4,519 nucleotides of DNA from Naegleria gruberi (lineage: Eukaryota), in the NCBI GenBank assembly GCA_000004985.1, contig GG739180.1; one strand, given 5' to 3'. This document shows, piece by piece, positions 1 through 4,519 of the stretch (positions within the stretch are counted from its first letter, which is position 1; each line of letters begins with the position of its first letter). The notes beneath the pieces were generated by a model that worked only from the letters and a program-made list of their open reading frames with translations, was not told the origin of the DNA and made no database searches. The position numbers were made by a program, and so were the translations under genes.

Positions 1-418
1 TTCGGCTTTGTACTTTTGCAATCTTGTAAGAAATTAATGGCAACTGTTGTGGCCACCATTGAAACGTTATTGCTGGTGGCCAACAATGAGGTGATCCATT
101 GTGATAATATCCTCCCCAATTCTGAGCTGGCCACACTGGAACAGTTGCAACGCAAGGAATTGGTTCCATATAAATGATTATTGGTTCCTTTTCCTCCCTT
201 GAGGTGTTTCTTTCCGATGATTCATCTTCATCATCTGAATAGTCATATTCGTCAAATTCCTCTTCCTCATCTTCTTCTGGATTGTAGCTACTCGTAGAAT
301 CAATACTGCATAAATCATCATCACATGATTCCTCTCCGAAGTGCATCACTTCTTGATTGTCCTCTTCTTCTTCACTGCTTTGATAATCATAAATATCACA
401 TGAACTCTTAATAGACAT
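1..418 (-). CDS. Partial host gene (5' part; continues beyond window start): hypothetical acidic Ser/Asp/Glu-rich protein with a Trp/Pro-rich downstream segment
   Basis: Hand translation of the reverse complement from ATG at 418..416 gives 139 codons with no stop down to position 1 (MSIKSSCDIYDYQSSEEEEDNQEVMHFGEESCDDDLCSIDSTSSYNPEEDEEEEFDEYDYSDDEDESSERNTSREEKEPIIIYMEPIPCVATVPVWPAQNWGGYYHNGSPHCWPPAITFQWWPQQLPLISYKIAKVQSR...). An open frame this long in AT-rich DNA is unlikely by chance. The start context ACAAAATGTCT matches the yeast optimal initiation consensus. It is missing from the ORF track because no stop lies in the window. The same frame stays open upstream to 463, with additional in-frame ATGs at 451..449 and 460..458 (TAA at 466..464), so the true start could be 451 or 460. 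No family is recognisable. Confidence 0.6.
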   Translation of the reverse strand, partial: MSIKSSCDIYDYQSSEEEEDNQEVMHFGEESCDDDLCSIDSTSSYNPEEDEEEEFDEYDYSDDEDESSERNTSREEKEPIIIYMEPIPCVATVPVWPAQNWGGYYHNGSPHCWPPAITFQWWPQQLPLISYKIAKVQSR

Positions 419-558
419 TTTGTTTGTATATTTGAATTGTCTCGAGACCATCCTTGCCATCAATTAATTTAAAAGACTTTGAAACATCCATCACTACAAG
501 GAAATTACCAAGTTCCTTCATCGGATCACTTAATAAAATTAAGATCCCATTTTATTGA

Positions 559-1764
559 TGTGAGAAAATTGAACCAGATAACCTTAAACAAATTATTCAC
601 GCTAAAGCTATTAGCTTATTTACACACCTTTCTAAAATTAACTTAATTCCTCTGAAAAAGGCACAACAAATTGATATAGCCATTAGAGGAGCAATTAGAA
701 GAAAACTATATATGGACAGGAAAACACCAACCAGCTTATTCCACTTACCATTAGAAAAAGGTGGATTAGGACTACCATCTATTGTAGAATTTTCTGAAAG
801 AATGAACCTAAGAACCATGACCTTAATTGCTAACAGTAACAATTTACTCGTCAAGAAAGCTTTCAAACATGGTATCAAGCACTGTGAGGAAACGAAAGAC
901 AATATTTATTCGAAATGGCTACTAGTACTAAAAGAATACAACCTCACACTTAAGAAAAATGAAATGAAATTCAAGTTGAAAAAAATCAAAACAGGAAATA
1001 ATTTTGATATTCACACTGACGGATCAAGACTCGAATCAAAGACTGGAATGGGGATTAATATCTATGATTGCTCCAATATGAACACTCCAGTTAGATCTTT
1101 ATCCCTCCATATTAATGATCAATATTCAAATAATGTAGCTGAAATATGCTCTATTATTACAGCAGCTAAAGTTATCCCAAGAGACTCCAAGATTAAAATC
1201 CATACTGATAGTAATGTGGCAATTGAAGTTCTCAAAGAACGATATAAGGGAAACTTTCTACCACTAAAAAAAGCCTTCTTTAAAACCATTAAGGATAGAA
1301 AACTTGAATATGAATTCAAGAAAGTTGAAGCTCATAAGGATAAGGAAAATATCAAAGTTGATTTATTGGCAAAGAATGCAACTCTGAAACCTAAAATCTT
1401 TGATATCCGTAAACTACTCTTTAATCAATATATCCTCACAAAGAACGATATTATAATCTTTGACTATAAGAGGTTAACTACCTCACAACATTTAAGGCTA
1501 ATGCTTGACAAGATAGAGAGTCACCCCAATCACATACCTAACCTAGATTGGAACTCTATCAACGTCAGCTACCTTAAATCCCATTTGTCTCCTAAATCTG
1601 AATATTATATTTGGAGAAACTCTTCAAATGCCCACATCAATTTTGGTGAGGGTAAAAGTTTCTGTCATGATTGTAACACAGAATCTGACCTTAATCACTA
1701 TATTCATGAATGCCCTGNTCTGGATAGTGCCAGATACTTTTGCTTGTCAAAAATATCTGATATT
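559..1764 (+). CDS. Partial ORF2 (pol-like) of the non-LTR retrotransposon: post-RT region + RNase H + CCHC zinc knuckle; truncated at the 5' end by the insertion and at the 3' end by the N gap
   Basis: Same frame as ORF-track entry 712..2889, whose first Met at 712 is not the biological start. The frame is open from 559, and the upstream peptide CEKIEPDNLKQIIHAKAISLFTHLSKINLIPLKKAQQIDIAIRGAIRRKLY continues the ORF2-like sequence. Everything after 1764 in the track ORF is Xs from Ns and is not real. Confidence 0.7.
1000..1383 (+). other. RNase H (type 1) domain of the retroelement ORF2, catalytic residues intact
   Basis: Motifs read in order: IHTDGS (D at 1018-1020), NNVAEICSI (E at 1141-1143), IHTDSN (D at 1207-1209), EAHKDKEN (H at 1333-1335), KVDLLAKNA (D at 1360-1362). 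This matches the retroviral/LINE RNase H pattern (DGS ... AEL ... TDS ... H ... N..AD.LA). Confidence 0.8.
1663..1713 (+). other. C-terminal Cys/His zinc knuckle of non-LTR ORF2 (CX2CX7HX4C)
   Basis: CHDCNTESDLNHYIHEC: tgt 1663-1665, tgt 1672-1674, cac 1696-1698, tgc 1711-1713. The spacing C-2-C-7-H-4-C is typical of the cysteine-rich domain at the C-terminus of LINE ORF2 proteins. Confidence 0.7.
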
Positions 1765-2859
1765 NNNNNNNNNNNNNNNNNNNNNNNNNNNNNNNNNNNN
1801 NNNNNNNNNNNNNNNNNNNNNNNNNNNNNNNNNNNNNNNNNNNNNNNNNNNNNNNNNNNNNNNNNNNNNNNNNNNNNNNNNNNNNNNNNNNNNNNNNNNN
1901 NNNNNNNNNNNNNNNNNNNNNNNNNNNNNNNNNNNNNNNNNNNNNNNNNNNNNNNNNNNNNNNNNNNNNNNNNNNNNNNNNNNNNNNNNNNNNNNNNNNN
2001 NNNNNNNNNNNNNNNNNNNNNNNNNNNNNNNNNNNNNNNNNNNNNNNNNNNNNNNNNNNNNNNNNNNNNNNNNNNNNNNNNNNNNNNNNNNNNNNNNNNN
2101 NNNNNNNNNNNNNNNNNNNNNNNNNNNNNNNNNNNNNNNNNNNNNNNNNNNNNNNNNNNNNNNNNNNNNNNNNNNNNNNNNNNNNNNNNNNNNNNNNNNN
2201 NNNNNNNNNNNNNNNNNNNNNNNNNNNNNNNNNNNNNNNNNNNNNNNNNNNNNNNNNNNNNNNNNNNNNNNNNNNNNNNNNNNNNNNNNNNNNNNNNNNN
2301 NNNNNNNNNNNNNNNNNNNNNNNNNNNNNNNNNNNNNNNNNNNNNNNNNNNNNNNNNNNNNNNNNNNNNNNNNNNNNNNNNNNNNNNNNNNNNNNNNNNN
2401 NNNNNNNNNNNNNNNNNNNNNNNNNNNNNNNNNNNNNNNNNNNNNNNNNNNNNNNNNNNNNNNNNNNNNNNNNNNNNNNNNNNNNNNNNNNNNNNNNNNN
2501 NNNNNNNNNNNNNNNNNNNNNNNNNNNNNNNNNNNNNNNNNNNNNNNNNNNNNNNNNNNNNNNNNNNNNNNNNNNNNNNNNNNNNNNNNNNNNNNNNNNN
2601 NNNNNNNNNNNNNNNNNNNNNNNNNNNNNNNNNNNNNNNNNNNNNNNNNNNNNNNNNNNNNNNNNNNNNNNNNNNNNNNNNNNNNNNNNNNNNNNNNNNN
2701 NNNNNNNNNNNNNNNNNNNNNNNNNNNNNNNNNNNNNNNNNNNNNNNNNNNNNNNNNNNNNNNNNNNNNNNNNNNNNNNNNNNNNNNNNNNNNNNNNNNN
2801 NNNNNNNNNNNNNNNNNNNNNNNNNNNNNNNNNNNNNNNNNNNNNNNNNNNNNNNNNNN
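1765..2859. other. Assembly gap (1095 consecutive N), plus a single ambiguous base at 1718 just before it
   Basis: The sequence shows an uninterrupted run of n. It sits inside and downstream of a repetitive retroelement, which is where short-read assemblies typically break. The true length is unknown. Confidence 0.99.
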
Positions 2860-3500
2860 CTTTTAGACAGTTTTACTTGTTTAACATGAGAACAAAAATC
2901 AAACAATGTTTCAAATGTCAATTCAAAAAATAGTTGGACAGAGGAGATCTCAGACTTTGGTCTTTAACATGTTTTTAAGGTTGAAACCTATTAATTAAGT
3001 GAGCGATATCAGTGCCCAAATATGACCCCTTTGCCGACTAGAACCAAATCATTCCAATAATTTGCTACATAAACTAATCTCAAATCCTCAGAAATATAAA
3101 ATCTCTACCGATGATTTGTTGAGTGTTTCAATACTACAACTCTTGATGTCTTGCATATAGATATTCGAAATGACAACAAGAGACAACTAGCTGAGTAAAT
3201 CCATAATTATCTTTGAATAAGTTTTTGGTCTGAATAAACCTATATTTGTTTATGCTGAATCCGCATCCAAGATTATGACACTACATGACAATGAGGAGAT
3301 GATTCCAATAACCACTTTCGTATATCTAAAATACCACTGGCAACTATCATAAAAAAATCAACCAACCATCCAACTTAAAACATCCTCATTCCATTCACTT
3401 TTGCACCCATTAATAATAATTCATCCTCTCTAACATACTCCACTTTAACTTTCTGAAAATAACAATGTTTTTATCCCGCTCTCCTTATTCTCCCTCAATT

Positions 3501-3521
3501 CATCGCTTGCAAAAAAAAATG
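3501..3521 (+). promoter_or_regulatory. A-tract 5' leader / translation initiation context of the downstream gene
   Basis: Nine consecutive A (3511-3519) run into ATGTCT. A-rich leaders with A at -3 and TCT as the second codon are the preferred initiation context in budding yeasts. No convincing TATA box could be assigned. Confidence 0.3.
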
Positions 3522-4519
3522 TCTTTCGGAATGAACGCTTCACACCGCCGCAAATTGGGAGACGACAATGATGATGATCACACTTATTACGGCAGGGTTG
3601 AACAACAACAAATAACAACCCCACCAAAGAATAAGGCAGTCTCTGGATTTGAGTTCTCAGAGTTTAGACAGCAGAGATTGCAGAGCTTGGCTGGTTTGGA
3701 TGTTGAAACGTCTCCATCATCAAATGATGAATTTGCCAATAAGGCAAGAGAGAGAGTATCTTTTAGTATTCCGAGAATGGATTTTTCAATGATGGGAGGT
3801 GATAATCAATCTTCATCATTTGGTTCACCTCCACTTTCATCGGAGAGGACAGATTCTGTCAGATCAAATTTTGGTAAAGTATTTGATGAAGATATGTTGC
3901 AATTATTGAATCCAATTGCTTCTCGGGTTCATTCCTTTGAAAATAGAAGCAGTAGGAGGAGAAGTATTAGTAATAGTTCGAAAAACAGTCCTGAGGTTAA
4001 TTCAGGCATTGTAGATTGTCCAAACCTTGAACAGAACGAGTCTGGATTATCATCTTTCCTTTGGAAACAAAGCAAGGAATATTTGTATGTTTTGATACCG
4101 ATGGGAGGAGATAAGGGTTTCTATAAACAGGATGAAAATATTGAACTAGATGTTCAAATCAAATCAAAGAGAATTTACGCAGCCTTCAATGAGAAGGGTT
4201 CAGATATTCCACACGAAAAGCTTGTCGATTCAGAGTTGAGCATTGAGGTTCAAGTAGATGAATCAGGTTGGTGTATTAGAAATTCTCATTTACTTTTAGA
4301 GTTGAAAAAAAGAGATTCATCTGATGATGTTCAATTCCCTTTGCAATCGAGATTAAGAGTTAGAGAACTAGAGGAGGAAGCTGAAAATTCTTGTAAATAT
4401 GAAGTAATGTCATCAGATGCTCCACTCCACAAGGAAATTTATCAGAGTTGGTTCAGTTGTATTGAGGATGATATTGCCAATTATTACTCCAAGTTTGAAG
4501 CATTGAAGAAAGATATGGG
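3519..4519 (+). CDS. Partial host gene (5' part; continues beyond window end): hypothetical protein with Ser-rich N-terminal half and a candidate CS/p23-like domain
   Basis: ATG at 3519-3521 in the context AAAAAAAAATGTCT (yeast consensus). Hand translation gives 333 codons with no stop to the window end: MSFGMNASHRRKLGDDNDDDHTYYGRVEQQQITTPPKNKAVSGFEFSEFRQQRLQSLAGLDVETSPSSNDEFANKARERVSFSIPRMDFSMMGGDNQSSSFGSPPLSSERTDSVRSNFGKVFDEDMLQLLNPIASRVHSFENRSSRRRSISNSSKNSPEVNSGIVDCPNLEQNESGLSSFLWKQSKEYLYVLIPMGGDKGFYKQDENIELDVQIKSKRIYAAFNEKGSDIPHEKLVDSELSIEVQVDESGWCIRNSHLLLELKKRDSSDDVQFPLQSRLRVRELEEEAENSCKYEVMSSDAPLHKEIYQSWFSCIEDDIANYYSKFEALKKDM. It is missing from the ORF track because no stop lies in the window. 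An alternative in-frame ATG at 3465 would add MFLSRSPYSPSIHRLQKK; the frame is closed by TAA at 3417-3419. The segment FLWKQSKEYLYVLIPM ... LDVQIKSKRIYAAF ... LSIEVQVDESGWCIRNSHLLLELKK follows the W-Q-(x)n-V-I ... L-x-L-K alternating beta-strand pattern of CS/p23 domains. Confidence 0.7.
   Translation, partial: MSFGMNASHRRKLGDDNDDDHTYYGRVEQQQITTPPKNKAVSGFEFSEFRQQRLQSLAGLDVETSPSSNDEFANKARERVSFSIPRMDFSMMGGDNQSSSFGSPPLSSERTDSVRSNFGKVFDEDMLQLLNPIASRVHSFENRSSRRRSISNSSKNSPEVNSGIVDCPNLEQNESGLSSFLWKQSKEYLYVLIPMGGDKGFYKQDENIELDVQIKSKRIYAAFNEKGSDIPHEKLVDSELSIEVQVDESGWCIRNSHLLLELKKRDSSDDVQFPLQSRLRVRELEEEAENSCKYEVMSSDAPLHKEIYQSWFSCIEDDIANYYSKFEALKKDM

Larger units (their letters stand above)
559..1764 (+). 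mobile_element. 5'-truncated non-LTR (LINE, L1-clade-like, Zorro-like) retrotransposon fragment; 3' end lost in the assembly gap
   Basis: A continuous open frame (frame 1) runs from 559 to the gap edge at 1764 (402 codons). It encodes three hallmark LINE ORF2 C-terminal modules in the canonical order. First, a post-RT 'Z/thumb' region with the motif LEKGGLGLPSIVEF (~754-795), comparable to L1 ORF2 KAGGITLPDF. Second, an RNase H domain (~1000-1383). Third, a CX2CX7HX4C zinc knuckle (1663-1713). No RT palm motifs (FADD/YxDD) or endonuclease lie upstream; positions 1-418 are an unrelated minus-strand gene. The copy is therefore 5'-truncated, as is typical of target-primed reverse transcription. 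The 5' limit is uncertain (436-559): frame 1 is also open 436-555 before a single TGA at 556-558. Confidence 0.75.

Noticed and set aside
1-177. Plus-strand open frame 1-174 (MATVVATIETLLLVANNEVIHCDNILPNSELATLEQLQRKELVPYK)
   Set aside because: It is antisense to the longer minus-strand acidic-protein ORF (139 codons, good start context) and much shorter, so it is most likely an antisense open frame. No RT motifs are present, so it is not an upstream part of the LINE.
597-902. Minus-strand ORF of 101 aa (track entry)
   Set aside because: It lies entirely antisense to the well-supported LINE ORF2 frame and has a hydrophobic low-complexity translation with no recognisable motif. This is the typical antisense artefact of an AT-rich coding region.
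1119-1319. Minus-strand ORF of 66 aa (track entry)
   Set aside because: It is antisense to the RNase H coding region and is short with no motifs.
1628-2921. Track ORFs 1628..2866 (+), 1704..2921 (-) and the 1765-2889 tail of 712..2889
   Set aside because: They are composed almost entirely of codons made of N (translated as X), so they are artefacts of the assembly gap and not genes.
3351-3357. Short A-runs (3351-3357, 3511-3519) as possible LINE poly-A tail
   Set aside because: They are too short and too common in AT-rich intergenic DNA to assign. The 3511-3519 run is better explained as the A-rich leader of the downstream gene, and the true 3' end of the element is probably inside the N gap.
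2860-3518. Searched for a tRNA gene (LINEs in some yeasts and protists target tRNA loci) and for tandem repeats
   Set aside because: No tRNA-like GTTCGAATC T-loop/acceptor arrangement was found on either strand (the TTCGAA at ~3163 has no surrounding cloverleaf complementarity). No tandem repeats beyond short A-runs.
3445-3627. Minus-strand ORF of 60 aa overlapping the start of the downstream gene
   Set aside because: It is antisense to the promoter/5' end of a much better supported plus-strand gene. The peptide contains a low-complexity run (MVGLLFVVVQ) and no motifs.
1-4519. Prokaryotic defence/CRISPR/operon-type 'novel system'
   Set aside because: The sequence is eukaryotic: it has yeast-type initiation contexts, LINE retrotransposon domains and monocistronic widely spaced genes, with no direct repeats/spacer arrays or Shine-Dalgarno-coupled gene clusters. 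Nothing supports such a call.

Overview
The window is AT-rich, intron-poor eukaryotic DNA. Codon usage (TTG/AGA-rich), near-absence of in-frame CTG in host genes and AAAATGTCT start contexts fit a Saccharomycotina yeast, possibly a CTG-clade Candida-type genome. It contains no prokaryotic defence or CRISPR system, so nothing here qualifies as an undescribed system of that kind. Four things are present. (1) On the minus strand, the 5' part of a host gene runs off the left edge (ATG at 418, possibly 451 or 460). It encodes a very acidic, Ser-rich N-terminus followed by a Trp/Pro-rich segment; no function is recognisable. (2) On the plus strand there is a 5'-truncated copy of an L1-clade non-LTR (LINE) retrotransposon, reminiscent of the Candida Zorro family. 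Its ORF2 frame is open from 559 to 1764 and covers the post-RT region (EKGGLGLPS motif), a complete RNase H domain with all DEDD+H catalytic residues, and a C-terminal CX2CX7HX4C zinc knuckle. (3) A 1095-nt run of N (1765-2859) is an assembly gap that swallows the element's 3' end. The three track ORFs crossing it (the tail of 712..2889, 1628..2866 and 1704..2921) are artefacts. (4) A second host gene on the plus strand starts at 3519 (alternative upstream ATG at 3465) and runs off the right edge. It has a Ser-rich N-terminal half and a C-terminal segment that looks like a CS/p23-type beta-sandwich domain. The main points of interest are the LINE fragment sitting directly against the start of the minus-strand gene, a single in-frame TGA at its 5' edge, the retained RNase H catalytic site, and the CTG-codon contrast between element and host genes.
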